A DNA stretch of 64,000 nucleotides from Phoronis australis (Eukaryota > Animalia > Phoronida): NCBI GenBank assembly GCA_002633005.1, contig NMRA01000043.1:961588-1025587 (forward strand), written 5' to 3'. The notes below the pieces were generated by a model. It was not told the DNA's origin. It worked only from the letters and a program-made list of their open reading frames with translations, and ran no database searches. Made by a program: the position numbers and the translations under genes. Shown here piece after piece: positions 24,525-38,894 of this stretch. Every line of letters starts with the position of its first letter. Position 1 is the stretch's first letter.

Positions 24525-27500
24525 TCACTCTTCCATAAAAACATCCCCTGAATGAGCAGAACAGAACCGCCATAAAAGATCTTGAAAGTGACGCATCTTC
24601 TTATCATTCTGAAAAAAAGAAAAAATTAAACCACCATATGCCCTTTCCTGGCAGTTTTTGCTGCCCAAAACAACATTTTGGACCTCTTTATACGTTAAAA
24701 CTTGTAAAATTATGCAGATTTTTCTTTGGCAGAATGAAAGTTATTCATGACCTAATAATTATATGTATTCGTTTAGCAGTTGATTGAATGATTTTCTCAA
24801 TGTAATTTCTGATTATTGAAATCCGTTGAATGTCCCAGTCCACCTACTTTCACGATAAAACAATTACCAATACTTTAAACTGTCCTGAACAAATAATTTG
24901 TATTGAAGAAATTAGCAGCAGAAGAGGTCAATGAACTCCACACAGCCTACAGAATGGTGAAGTGCTGACTTAGAGTGATACAAGAGATGTTTAAACATGG
25001 TTTTGTACATGGCTTTAATTGTTATCTTTAGGTTACTTGAGTTAGAATATTATATCATACATTTGGTCCCAGATAATTGCCGAGGTTGGCATCTCTCACA
25101 TGGCAAAGTGGGTGTAGAGGGATTACAGGATAACCTGGAAATACACCGCGTGCATGTGCGTAAACATGTGCTGCAACTGTTTTAAACCATCAATTATTAC
25201 AAAGAGTTAAAAACTTTTAAAATTTAGTTTAAAACAGTTTGAAGAACTGATCTAAGACGAACTAAGAAACAAAAAGAGTTCTGGTTGTTGTGCACCAATC
25301 GTTGGCTCAAAGCCAGACAATTTGCACAGAACACCTGATTTAGACTCAAGAGAACCCTACTATAAATCACTGGACTTTTCATGAAGGAAGTAGTGGAATT
25401 TTCCAGTTTGTTTAATAAATGACCAATTCAGAGGTTTGAAACAAGTCACATGGGTTTGTTCATCAACTTGACTGTTGTGATAGATTTTAGAATTTGCTCC
25501 AAAACCTACTGTTATTGTAACATTATTGCAGCAATATTTTAATAAACATGTTAAGATTTGCTGTCGGACATTATGTGATCATATTACCAAATCTTGCAGT
25601 CATCGACTCCTCATATAACCAAATAGCCATGACAGCATCTTCTGAGGTCACGGAGCTTCTAAGACTAAGTTTGGCATGAGCTTTGGCCAGCAACTTTCTG
25701 CCAAAAATACAACATGCTTTAGGTAGCGTATTCAAGTTCTGGCTCCACTCCACAATAAAGATCACTTTGGCAACTTTTCTGACATTACAATCAATAAATG
25801 AACATACTGCAGGTACAACGATGACAGCTTGGCTATAACTGTACCTATTTTTAAAAAAATTAATTTCGTAAAATAAAATTTCATTTTTCACAATGTTAAA
25901 TTGAGGATTGAAGCAGTAAGTCATCAAAACGATGCTAGATAAAGTGATGAATATTGAAACATAACAGGAACCTTTCAAAGTTTTGATAACGCAGCACTAG
26001 AACCCGGAACTCACAACGTTTTCATAGCTGTCAATGGAAACTGTGTCCCTTGTATACCAGAAGCTCTCATCCGTCTACTACCGATGTAAAAGCCACATAT
26101 AAGACTCTCTGCTTCACAACTGAAGTTGACGTTTCTAGATCCGACAGTCCTTATAAACTGAAATAAACTCGTAGAACAGTGAAGATAACTGATACATTTA
26201 TATGTTTTGATAAGAAATAAGTATAACAATTATCAACTGCAATCGACTGAAGAGAACATCGGGTTAATAGCAAGGATGCCCTGAGTGACAGTACCATATT
26301 CAGGACAAGAATTTGCTAAAAGTCCATTAATAGCAATCTGCTTTAGGGGCTATGGAGCTCTTTTTGAGTGGCAGATCACTACCGGGCCAAACCAGGCCAG
26401 AACATGCACTGTAATGTGAAAGAACCCATGACCGCCATCATGATGCTATTGAGTTAGCATAACTGAATGCAGTAGTTACCAAAATACAAACTGATACAAG
26501 TCAAACCTTTTTGTATGCATTTGCCTACTCCTACTCAATCTTGGTAGAAACCAACCTGCCTCAAGTCTTGGTCTGTAATGAAACTTGTGTTGTCAGTACA
26601 TCCATCAGGATTCATGGACATCTCCAGTGTATGCTGGATCAGTACGGACTCTGCGTACGCATCTTTCTTGGTCTCTGTTTCCGTAAAGTAGACCATTCCA
26701 AAAACGCTTCAAACAGAGCCGGAAAAAACTGTCATTGTTGAAATTGGCCTTGCAAAGCTATAGGCAACTGTATGTCACATGACCATAATTCATCATGTCA
26801 TACCTTATCTGTTATTGCCTCATCAGTGCATCTCCACTAGAATGTCTTGTTGTCTTGTCCAATACTTTTCCTTATCCATTATCATCCTTGATGACTAAAA
26901 GTCTTAAAAGTTTCTGACTAGCTGTAAATTTTCTTATTTTAAAAAAAGTTAAGGGCCGTGTTCATAATTGTAATATAAATAATACAATATACTATTTTAT
27001 ATAGCAAACTTTGCCAAGGCAAGGTCGGGCAGATGCTGTTACCTTTTTTGCCCCTCTGAGCCCCCAAAGAGTTACCACCTACGTACTTCTCTGAAAGTGC
27101 TCGTTTTTTTTTTAAAAATTGCCGAGGCTATCCTTTTTTTGCCTATTTTTGCTATTAAAGTCGACCTTATGATGTGAATTGACATACTTAACACCTGGTT
27201 ACATGATGTATGATGCGATATGAAATTGTCTTTTAGCATCACTAATTTGTTGATTTCTCTATTGTGTTTTAAAAGTTCAAGNGGTTACTTGAGTTAGAAT
27301 ATTATATCATACATTTGGTCCCAGATAATTGCCGAAGTTGGCATCTCTCACATGGCAAAGTGGGTGTAGAGGGATTACAGGATAACCTGGAAATAAACCG
27401 CGTACATGTGCGTAAAAATGTGCTGCAACTGCTATTTTAAACCATCAATTATTACAAAGAGTTAAAAACTTTTAAAATTTAGTTTAAAACAGTTTGAAGA

Positions 27501-30500
27501 ACTGATCTAAGACGAACTAAGAAACAAAAAGAGCTCTGGTTGTGGTGTACCAATCGTTGGCTCAAAGCCAGACAATTTGTACGGAACACCTGATTTAGAC
27601 TCGAGAGAACCTTTCTATAAATCACTGGGCTTTGCTTGAAGGAAGTAGTGGAATTTTCCAGTTTGTTTAATAAATGACCAATTTAGAGGTTTGAAACAAG
27701 TCACATGGGTTTGTTCATCAACTTGACTGTTGTGAAAGATTTTAGAATTCGCTCGTCGAAAACCTACTATTATTGTAACATTATTGCAGCAATATTTTAA
27801 TAAACATCTCAAGATTTGCTGTCGGACATTATGTGATCATATTACCAAATCTTGCAGTCATCGACTCCTCGTATAACCAAATAGCCATGACAGCGTCTTC
27901 TGAGGTCACGGAGCTTCTAAGACTAAGTTTGGCATGAGCTTTGGCCAGCAACTTTCTGCAAAAAATACAATATGCTTTAGGTAACGTATTCAAGTTCAGG
28001 CTCCACTCCACAATAAAGGCATTGATCACTTTGGCAACTTTTCTGACATTATAATCAATAAATGAACATACTGCAGGTACAACGATGACAGATTGGCTAT
28101 AACTGTATCTATTTTTTAAAAAATTAATTTCATAAAATAAAATTTCATTTTTCACAATGTTAAATTAATGATTGAAGCAGTAAGTCTTCAAAACGATGCT
28201 AGATAAAGTGATGAATATTGAAACATAACAGGAACCTTTCAAAGTTTTGATAACGCAGCACTAGAACCCGGAACTCACAACGTTTTCATAGCTGTCAATG
28301 GAAACTGTGTCCCTTGTATACCAGAAGCTCTCATCCGTCTACTACCGATGTAAAAGCCACATATAAGACTCTCTGCTTCACAACTGAAGTCAACATTTCT
28401 AGATCCGACAGTCCTTATAAACTGAAACAAACTCGTTGAACAGTGAAGATAACTGATACATTCAATATGTTTTGATAAGAAATAAGTATAACAATTATCA
28501 ACTGCAATCGACTGAAGAGAACATCGGGTTAATAGCGGGGATGCCCTGAGTGACGGTACCATATTCAGGACAAGAATTTGCTAAAAGTCCATTAATAGCA
28601 ATCTGATTTCGGGGCTGTGGAGCTCTTTTTGAGTGGCTGATCACTACTGGGCCAAACCAGGCCAGAACATGCACTGTAATGTGAAAGAACCCATGACTGC
28701 CATCATGCCGCTATTGAGTTAGCAGAACTGAATGCAGTAGTTACCAAAATACAAACTGATACAAGTCAAACGTTTTTGTATGCATTTGCCTACTCCTACT
28801 CAATCTTGGTAGAAACCAACCTGCCTCAAGTCTTGGTCTGTAATGAAACTTGTGTTGTCAGTACATCCATCAGGATTCATGGACATCTCCAGTGTATGCT
28901 GGATCAGTACGGATTCTGCGTACGCATCTTTCTTGGTCTCTGTTTCCGTAAAGTAGACCATTCCAAAAACGCTTCAAACAGAGCCGGAAAAAACTGTCAT
29001 TATTGTTGAAATTGGCCTTGCAAAGCTATAGGCAACTGTATGTCACATGACCATAATTCATCATGTCATACCTTATCCGTTATTGCCTCATCAGTGCATC
29101 TCCACTAGAATGTCTTGTTGTCTTGTCCAATACTTTTCCTTATCCATTATCATCCTTGATGACTAAAAGTCTTAAAAGTTTCTGACTAGCTGTTAATTTT
29201 CTTATTTAAAAAAAAAGTTAAGGGCCGTGTTCATAATTGTAATATAAATAATATAATACTATTTTATATAGCAAACTTTGCCAAGGCAAGGTCGGGCAGA
29301 TGCTGTTACCTTTTTTGCCTCTCTGAGCCCCCAAAGAGTTACCACCTACGTACTTCTCTGAAAGTGCTCGTTTTTTTAAAAAAAAATTGCCGAGGCTATC
29401 TTTTTTTTGCCTATTTTTGCTATTAAAGTCGACCTTATGATGTGAATTGACATACTTAACACCTGGTTACATGATGTATGATGCGATATGAAATTGTCTT
29501 TTAGCATCACTAATTTGTTGATTTCTCTATTGTGTTTTAAAAGTTCAAGGCTTAGCACACATTATTTTAGGTCAGTGACAGTGGTGTTCAGAAATTAATT
29601 TCTATGCAAAAGAATTTATTGATTATGTCTGACTAGTGAATGTCATTCTTATGTAACTAAATTTTTCCGACTTCTAATGTGGACAACCACATTTCCACAT
29701 TTCTTACACACACAGGCAGGCACACACGCACACACACACACGCACACACACACACGTGTTGGTTTGGTTTTAAAGAAATTTTAATGAATTGTAACCAAAC
29801 TTACAGAAATGCTTTCAAAGTAAAATGCCCTTGACTCATATCAATTTTCAATGTCCAATATTAGGAACCATTCTTACTCTGCGAGCGACTTTGAAACATT
29901 CCCTATATCACGGTTCCTCGAGTCACTACCACTGATGCACTTGACTGTCACAGGCTCTGTGTGTGCCCACACGCTACACTTGAGTGGGTAGGACACCTGT
30001 TGGGCTAGACCTGCAGTCGGCTTGAAAGGGACGGTCAATGTGATGGTCTTAGACTCTAACACTGGAAGACATTAGCACCGTACTGCAACCAGGTCAAAAG
30101 AAACAAATAAAATGTTAACTTTAAACTTGTTTCAACACTCAAAAGATCAAATAAAATTGCAAACATATTGAAGAGCAGTCTGGAAGCAATCTTGTGTTTT
30201 CATCAAATCTCCAATACATGGACCTGGAGTCTTTTACAACTGAACACTGGCAGATAGCAACACAACTTGTTTTCACAGTTATCGGTCACTCATCGTGAAT
30301 AACCTCTGAGGAGCCACTGGTGCAAACGGTTGGAATGAATATCACAGTGTGTTTGTAGAAGTATTTGAATAGATGATTTGGGCAACAAATTCTTCACCTG
30401 AATGAATGATAATGTCCACTATCTAATCAACATGAAAGTTAACAAAAACACCATGATGTATAGTTCAATAAACTTCAAATTGTTCACCTGAATGAATGAT

Positions 30501-33500
30501 AATGTCCACTATCTAATCACCATGACAGTTAACATAAACACCATAATATACATAGTTCAATAAACTGCACATGCTCAGCAATTAATTTTTGTTTATTAAA
30601 AGTCAACTAAGGCTCATTACTCAAGACTTAGTCCAGTAGATTACTTATTGTAACTTATGATCGTGTTTTCTGAGAGTATACCTTTTTGAATGACCTCTGT
30701 CTGTCCTTTGTTCATCTGTCCAACATCCCTTAAATAACAGACCCCGTCACCAGCATGAAGTAATGATCCAGCTGTAACATTCATGTGCAAGTATAACACA
30801 ATTGTGTTGTGATGATAGACTGAACCACGATTATAGCCAGCTCACTTATTTGGGATGTCAAAACTCTTGAGCAAACCATAAGTCTGCGTTTGGCAAATGT
30901 GATTTCACACCCATACACATGAAGCCGGTGAAGAAATGCATGCCCAGCCAACTACATTTTGGCTCTCTAGATGGACTAAATTACTCCACTTGGTGAAACG
31001 AGTGTGTTCAGAGGCTTTGAAGTTCCTCAAGATTCGTTGGACTGTGATCATTTATCATTGTGGCTAACAGTCCAGTAATACAAGAGAGTAATACAGAGTA
31101 GAGCATTAGTAAGGTTACACAAAACCAAAAAGAAATTGATTTGTGTCCTCAGAAAAAATTTTTAAATTTGATATTTTTCTGAAATAAAATGTGTCCAGTA
31201 ACAAGTACTGAAATTAGTAGAAAGGATTGCCTTCAACAAAAGAAGCTCCTGTCCCGTGCCTGTCTTTGGTAACGTTTCCAGTCAGATGACTACCAGCGGT
31301 ATGCTGTGCTGATCGCTCAGTGAAGCTCAAGGCAAACTTCATCAACCTGTCAATCAACAAGGTGTCTTGACCAATCACAAGTAGATGCATGAACTCTGCT
31401 TCTTCATTGTTCGAGTTGGAACCAATCAGACACAAGAGTAATCCAAGTTTCAGGTGAATATAAGTTCCCATTGGTGTAATATTGCCTGAAAATGTCAGAT
31501 TTATCCAAACATATTTTTTCCAATTAAAAGCCTTTTGGTACGTTTTGCCATTCTTTCCTGATCATCAACAATTTGTTCAGAGACATAAACATATATTTGA
31601 GGTCCTAGTTTTAGCAGTAATTAGGTGATGTCAAAATTGCTAGCTTCAAGTTAGCTGTGAATCTATAGTTGAGAAGGCAATCGATGAACTCCTTATCAAC
31701 ATTTGAAACATACGTAATCATAAACCCAGCTTCATGTCACCAAGTTATCTGCAGAAGAAATCCCCATAAATATGTAAAATTAAAAATTATGAATGCTAAC
31801 TAATACCATGTTAAAAAATTTCCAAATGTTATTTTTATCACGCACAAGTGCCTAATGAAACAGCCTGCAATTACCTCCAAAAATATATGCCAAGCTGAGT
31901 GCAAAACTCCAGCGGGATTCAGAGTGATCTAAAATAGTAAACATTTGTGGATATCACAACACAGATATAAAACTAAACCAAACTTAATAAATATTATAAA
32001 AAATTGTTTATGGATGATGATGAGGGTGGTGGCGATGGAAACCGATGGTGATGACAAAGGTGGTGATGATGGTGGTGGTGATGATATTTTTTCTAAACAT
32101 GAGCTCACCACCAGAAATTGCTTTTGCATTAGGCAGAGCTTGACACTCCCTTGCATACGACATTCACTACTAAAAATGGTGATAATGTTGATGGTGACAT
32201 CGATGATGGTGGTGAATAAATTACAGGAGGTCGAACCTGAAATGACTTTTAACAAATCTCAAAGCCCGTCGCGTGCTGACTGCACCAGAAATCAAAGGGG
32301 TTCCATGACATGTAATTGCCTTCATATCCTGAAAGTTTGTCGGAAATCAGTGATTTTTTCAGTTGGTCCTTGGAAATAATGGCCTCTCCTAGCTAAAGAG
32401 CAAAACATCAATTGTAGAATTTCTGTCAAAACTAGAGTAAGCTGAGCCACCCAGCCTTTATGGATGGTTGTGTGTTTCAGAATACTCACCATCAAACAAT
32501 CTTTTTATGCTAGCTGGAATGACACTTTCTGTCTTCCTGATGCCTTTGTCAATCTACTGAACAAGATGAATATGCTCACAAATTTGTTCTCTCAGTGGTA
32601 GGGAACTTGTGGCTCAGTGAAAAACAACTGCTTCAGGTGCTATGGTTGATTGACCTGAGCTGTCTTTAAAGTCTAACAATAAATACAGGGAAGGAGATTT
32701 TGAAGTCCTCCAGTACAGCTACATTCAAGAGAACAAGCATCAAAAGTTATGTCCCCTTAAGACTTTCTAGATACACCAATAAACACATACACCAATAAAC
32801 ACAGCAAAGGAATTTTCCATTTTGGGCTTGTTAGCGATAACTAGTCCAATAGTGGCTTAGAGTTTTGCAAATGGTTGTAAATGATGGGTGTCCGTTGACA
32901 CACAACAGGCCCAATGAAATTAACGTGCAAGGTCAGTGAAAGTATGATACCCAGCTCTTCATATAGTCACACAACTCATAGTTGGACTGTGTAAGTAAAT
33001 GCATCTTAAAAGGTTTACGGTCCTGGCTGAGAAAATAATTGTTTATTACTCCCCATGGATTCTCAATAGTCCAGCCTCTTATGTTGGAGTACTCCTGGAG
33101 CACAGCAATGTTCAAGTGAGCAAGAGTGGTTCTCAGGCACCCTGGACCCTTTCTGAAGCCACTCTTTCATATTGGATACAAAAGTGAACTGCATACAAAA
33201 ATTCCTTTTAGCTGTTGGTCAATTAAAAAGTCAAGTATCCTTTTACCTGCAAGACATTGTTAACTTCAAAAACTAAGGAGAATGGACCTCTTGAAGCCAC
33301 TGCTGAGGACTCATTTATAGCCATGCAACCGATTACACACAGTTTTTCCCCCATTTGTATTCTTGTCGTTAGTTCATCTGAAGAATATTATCAGTGTTTT
33401 ACTCACAAGGATAGAGTGCATTATATTAAACTGCATTATTATATAATAGTTTATTACAAAGTGCAATGATTTGCATGGATAACACTCAAGTCAAACATTA

Positions 33501-36500
33501 ACTTGTGATATTTGCAATAATCTTTTCAATGAAGCTTTATTGATTTTTTAAAAAAGCAAATATAAGTATTTACTGAATGCAACTGATGCGCTAATAAAAA
33601 AAATAATTGCAGGCGGTCTGGTACACGTTGCACCAGACGTGCGTAGGCCACTCACGTGGGCCCACTACGCTGATCACCTGGAATCATTTTTATGCTAAAA
33701 CCGAGCAATGGAGTTAGAGACCTCATGACTCAAGTGGTTTTATAGCAATGTGCTGTGGGTCTCAAACCCATGACCCTGAGTTAAGGAAGCGGACACTATA
33801 CCACTAGGCCTCATTGTGCTAACAGATTATTTATTTTTTTCTCATTACCTCGCACAATAGCTGTCACAGCTTGGTATCTTCTTTGGGGTAAATTTGGTGA
33901 ACGAAAGACATTCTCATTGATCATATCAACAATGATCATGTCTGAAAGCATTAAGTGGTACAAGAGGTCATCATAGGGTGAATGTAATTTGAAAAGTTAC
34001 ATGACTGCATGAAATATTGTAATTATAGTGATTTTATGATCAAGATAAATAAATGTGCATGTTTCGAGAGATGAAAAAAGACCCTGGATTAGTGAAATAA
34101 AGGTCACTTATCACGACAATATACTGGTAGAAAGTTTAAGAATGGAAAACTAAAAATAACAGAAAAATATAAATCTCTGGAAAGGTGGATGATTAAAAAG
34201 CACCATAAGAGTTGTTGTAAGACAACTCGATCATGCCCACATAAAAATACATTGACTAAATGAAAGAAACCAATTACATTAAAATGACAAAGTAGGCAAT
34301 GAAAATGTTTTGGTTCATGTGTTAAGTGTATGCTATAATGTTTCATATATTACAGTCGCTTTGTTGTCAGACATGTCTACATATTGACTTGTAGATAAAA
34401 TAGTAATACTGTTTAATATCTAGCTCTACTTTACCTTCAGTAGCAGTCAGTTTGTTGTGAGTACTTTGTTTTTACTGTACAATTCACGTAACTGCATGTG
34501 CCTTCAATCAAGTGTTGACCGTATAACCAATGCAATGCATTGTAGTACACTCACCAGATAACTGCCGGCAGGCTACGTCTTCTTCAAGTTGACTTGAACA
34601 GTACGGGCATGTAAAGAACTTACTGAAATACACAGCAATGAGGTATATATTGACACACAATGTTTTCTTGAGGACCAATTAACATTTTGTTTTGCAAATA
34701 TCACCACTCGTTTCACACCCTTAAATTTGTTGGCTTTATATTGGGTGCCATTTAATAAAAGTTCTAAGAGTTTTAGTACTACATGACTTGATCACATCCT
34801 GATGACTGATATGAATTGTATGCTTTGTAAAGACACAAACATTGGTGGTTTGTTCATTTTTGCCAATGTTGCATTAAGCCCTCAGTGACAAAGTATTTGA
34901 AAAGTCAACACTTTTATTGACCACAAGTTCCAAATGCAGTGTATCCTTGTCATCAACAACATAACATTGTTCTTAGATCAACACAAGACAGAGTAACAAT
35001 AACACACAGCTGCTTTATTAGCAAAATGTTGGTGCAAAATATTCTCACAATCAGATGGAACTTTGTTAAGGCTCCTGATTTCTGATTTATGTCTGGCATA
35101 AATTTGACAAAGCAATTCCCAACTGCAGCTAATAATGTAATAACGTATTTGTATAAGCCTATCACGTGACCTGATTGTATTCACTTCTTTAGCTCCAGCA
35201 ACATGAAGTCTTATGAACATATTCCCAGTGGAACCCAGGCATTCTGGGATTGGGCAAACATATCTTGCACTTTGCCTGAAAAATCAGGAATATTTTAAAC
35301 CACATTCAAACATTGATTTTTAAGGTAATAAAAAATCTATTCTGCATGACTGTGCCTAATATCTACAAAAATGATGAATTTAACTCAAGAAAAAAGTGTG
35401 TATAATTTAATTTTGGACTTCACACAGGTTTACCATAGATTTGGTCATAATTCACGGTCGTGTTTGATTACTATAAGTAAGCACAAAACAATGGTATGAA
35501 AACAGAACCAATTTTACCTTTGAATTTTAAAGTTTAAGGTGAATTCTCAAAAACATGCTGTCAATTTTGTAAATTGCATTTTAATTTTTTTGTGATGCAA
35601 CTTAAATTTTCTCATGAAAATTGAAAAATTAGCCTAAAATTTCCAGAATTAATCAAAACCTTAACAGGTCCTAAGTAAGCATGTCAAATGTTAAATACCA
35701 TGGTCTCTGAGCAACACCAGAAACCTCTTCTCTAACCAATGCTGTTAAGTTTTCAATACAATTAGGAATCCCTTGATCTATGGTGGAAATTATTTTGCAG
35801 CAGCCGAAACCATTTTCTCTAGAACTTAAAGTAAAATTTTTCATGGAAATGTCACGTAAAATAATGTATTAGTGAAAATTAGATGTAAACTTATGCCAAC
35901 ATTACTCAATAGACCATGCAGTCTCACTGACAACTTGGGGGACATAACATGATCTTTTACCTGCTTATTGAAGACTCACGTGTATTTCGTTGGCATTGTC
36001 ATACCACACACAATCCCAACAAACTTAAGGAAATGTTGTTTATCATAATTCTGCTGTGGGTCTCTGCAGTCTTTCATTACATATCTGAAACAAAAAAGTC
36101 ATTTTATACCAAAGGTCCACAAAACTTATTGCTACACTGTATATGTTAGCTTGAAGTACAGTTTTGTTTACTTCTGACTGCAAAAACATATGTTATAATT
36201 CATTATGAATAATAGAGACAAATCGCATTCAAGTATGCATGTGATCAACATTGGAGAAAGGTATAGCTGGATGAACTTTTCTCACAATGGCAACGACGGA
36301 AGGTCCAGTAATCGCAAAATCACTTGAACTTGGCCACGGTTTACTGATGCTGGCAACAGTTCCAAACATTTGATGGTAGTGTACACAACCTAAACAGAAA
36401 CGTTCTCTGTTAATTACTGTCAAAATAATATGTATAGTCAACAACATCATGTATTCATGCATGTCATGCATGTTAAGACAATGCAGTGTTTGTCAGTCAT

Positions 36501-38894
36501 GTGTATGTAACAGAAATTCTCCATAGATGGTGTACTTTCTAGGGACATGTGTGAGAGTCAGTGGGCAGGTATATAACAAAAGTATGAGGGATTTAATTCA
36601 TTTTGAAAATTCAGGGGTTGGTGTTAAGCTGAAGGCACCATAGACTGCTACACAAATAAATACGGAATCAATAAAGACTTACCTCTTGAAATATGCTTGT
36701 TCCTTCAACAGGCTGGTGCAGAATCAAATTGCCAAGTTTGACTGCAACACATTAAGTTTTGACTCTACACGTCCACTGTCTTTAACCCGCTATGTTATGA
36801 TTCACTATACAAAAGTGCAATACGGGAATTTCAATTCCTCAATTCATCAAAACATTTTCCAGTAGAAATTTGAATTTGAATGGAAAATAGCTTATACTCA
36901 AATTCACTCCTTAACCATAAATTTCAGTAAAAAATCCAGTTGCAACATATGTGCATTTTATGTTTTTCATCTTTTTGCCTATAATTTCTCTTGAAGATTA
37001 ACTAATTCTGCACATTTTAGTCAAGTTGTTTACATAAATGAGTCTATAGCTGATTGATCACCTGGACAGGATAGGGTGATTCTCCCGAAACAAGCCCCAA
37101 AATTTGCTAATTTTTTCCAATAAAGACATCTAAGCATGACTACATGAAGCCTTTCCAGATTGAAAAACACAGTCATACTGCTCTACAGAGCACATCCGTC
37201 GGGCGTGAAATTGACACGCTGTCGAAAAAACATTATTTTAAGCAGCCTTCAACAATGAGCTGTGCTCATGCTACATCATTTGTCGAAAGTAGAATTGTGA
37301 AGGTTTATGCAAAGGTCACTAGATCAAGCATAAAAATTATTGGCAAAAGTTTGGGGCCTGTTTCAGGAGAATCAAGCTGTAATGGCCTTATGTAATGGTG
37401 CAATAATGCTACTCTTTTTACCAGGGATTGAATTTTTAGAATAACTTTTTATGTATTAGTAGTAGACACAAAGAACTATGTTTTTAAGTCATAGGCTGTT
37501 ATCCTGTGCACGAAAGCAATGTTCAGATGTTCATAATGAGTCACATGTTTTCTTAAAAAACATGTTTTTTCATGGAAATTGACAAATTCTCCACAGACAT
37601 TTTTTGCATGCATATTCTGTTTCTGTATTTTATCTGAACAGAACTGTGTCTAGATTTTCTTTTCAACCCTCATTAGTGTGAAAGCCCAGGTTTAAAAAGT
37701 GAAGACTTTTCTGTTTTTTTAGGAATGTGTTGATGTTGGAGTTCTCAGGCTAAATGTCCTTAAAAGCCTAATCCTTGACACACTTTTGTGGCTCAAATAG
37801 AATAAAGAAACAGAATTGGCAGGTTTTGTTTAAAAGAAAATGTCAAGTTCTGACCTTGGGCAAAATATTTGATTTCTTCACTGTCTCAAAGTAGAGAATT
37901 TTTTACAGTAAAACAATTTGTCCAATTAAATTACTTTAAACCATATGAGTGCAACAGAGGAGAAATGTGATGAAACAAGTCTCTTTTTCAACTAACTAAT
38001 GCAGAACTTTGTAATTTAACAGACAAACTTGTCATTATCAGGTTTCAATGAGAATATACAAAATAATGCTTCTACAAAAAGTACCAGCAGTTTTATTACC
38101 ATTTAAGTCTGTTATGCTCATTGGGTTTATATCCAACACAAATCTGTAAGCCGATAAGTTCTGAAATGACAAACAAAAATAATGACCAGAATAGAGCCTT
38201 CTATAACAAAAACCTGCTTCAAGACTCCTGCAAACTTTACGGTGCATTACAATCAACAAGTAGTTATTTGACAATAACTGAGACATATAAGTAGGTGGAA
38301 CCAGTTGCTATATTTATGCACCCTGAACCACAATTGCTTGCACATTTCAAGCAGATGCATCTACTCAGAAATCAAACCCAAACACATCATTTGAAAGCTT
38401 CAGCTAAAATGAGCAATGAAATCAGAAAACACGTCTGTAATTCTGTGTTTGATTATTGTTCACATGGATGTTTGTGTAATTCTACTTTGAACTTCATGTG
38501 ACTCCAGCAGTCCACACAGTCAGCTCGGGCTGGCTGCGGCTTAGCCAATACTCTGCCTACTGTTATTTAATAAGTATTGGTTTACCGACTTGCTACGACG
38601 GTTGTAGGCAGTTACATCGCCCTGAATGCCACAGGGATCTTAGCCAGCCAACAGAGGGGCTAAGACTCTTACTTAGCCGCTAAGAGTAAGAGTCAGTAAG
38701 ACATTGTCTACGACTGCCGACTGGCAGCTTAGTTTGTCAGTCACTGGCAAGTATTCACAAACCTGACTATTTCTGCAGTGATAGTCACATTTTACCAGAA
38801 TATAAGACAGACACTCAGATGTATCTAAATATTCTAATGCAGATAGCAATAATTGCAATTTTTCGTGGTGAGCTGGGCTGTGTTCCTCGTTCAT
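24525..38894 (-). CDS. MCMDC2: Minichromosome maintenance domain-containing protein 2 (meiotic, ATPase-dead MCM paralog), 19 coding exons, ~688 aa
   Basis: Exons in transcript order: 38894-38763, 38160-38100, 36741-36683, 36389-36286, 36084-35980, 35275-35171, 34622-34555, 33941-33849, 33377-33247, 32553-32490, 31928-31875, 31485-31231, 30771-30682, 30061-29878, 28971-28821, 28421-28279, 27955-27846, 27386-27313, 24608-24525; total 2067 nt in frame. Peptides resemble MCMDC2 as I recall it: ALEYLDTS, YRFVLDINP, LGNLILHQP, Zn-finger CPIPEC..CPYC, ITPMGTYIHLKL, DTLLIDRL, VLESKTIT, GFYIGSRRMR, AHAKLSLR. Walker A/B are degenerate, as expected for MCMDC2. Confidence 0.92.
25031..29549. repeat. ~2.25-kb direct duplication (25031-27281 and 27283-29549) joined by a single N
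   Basis: Near-identical with scattered SNPs and small indels; N at 27282. Confidence 0.95.
25061..26706 (-). CDS. MCMDC2: Second copy of MCMDC2 exons 15-18 (26706-26556, 26157-26015, 25697-25588, 25134-25061); probably an uncollapsed allelic haplotype
   Basis: Near-identical to 27313-28971 with intact splice sites; lies in the block 25031-27281 that is repeated at 27283-29549 with a single N at 27282. Confidence 0.8.
33750..33815 (-). mobile_element. tRNA-derived SINE head remnant
   Basis: Minus strand GGCCTAGTGGTATAGTGTCCGC...GGTCATGGGTTTGAGACCCAC (A-box- and B-box-like). Confidence 0.45.

Noticed and set aside
29707-29756. (CA)n microsatellite, and short tandem duplications at 17030-17125 and 30395-30560
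   Set aside because: Ordinary simple repeats with no further structure.
30682-31485. MCMDC2 as a pseudogenised MCM helicase because Walker A/B are missing
   Set aside because: Loss of ATPase motifs is the known state of MCMDC2, and the spliced frame is intact.
31929-32379. ORFs of 108-144 aa with Gly/Asp or Pro/Ser runs
   Set aside because: Derived from a degenerate GAT/GGT microsatellite in an MCMDC2 intron; the MCMDC2 reading frame closes without them.
33235-33244. U12-type donor GTATCCTTTT
   Set aside because: It is on the plus strand, antisense to MCMDC2 and overlapping its ordinary GT donor; no plus-strand gene here.
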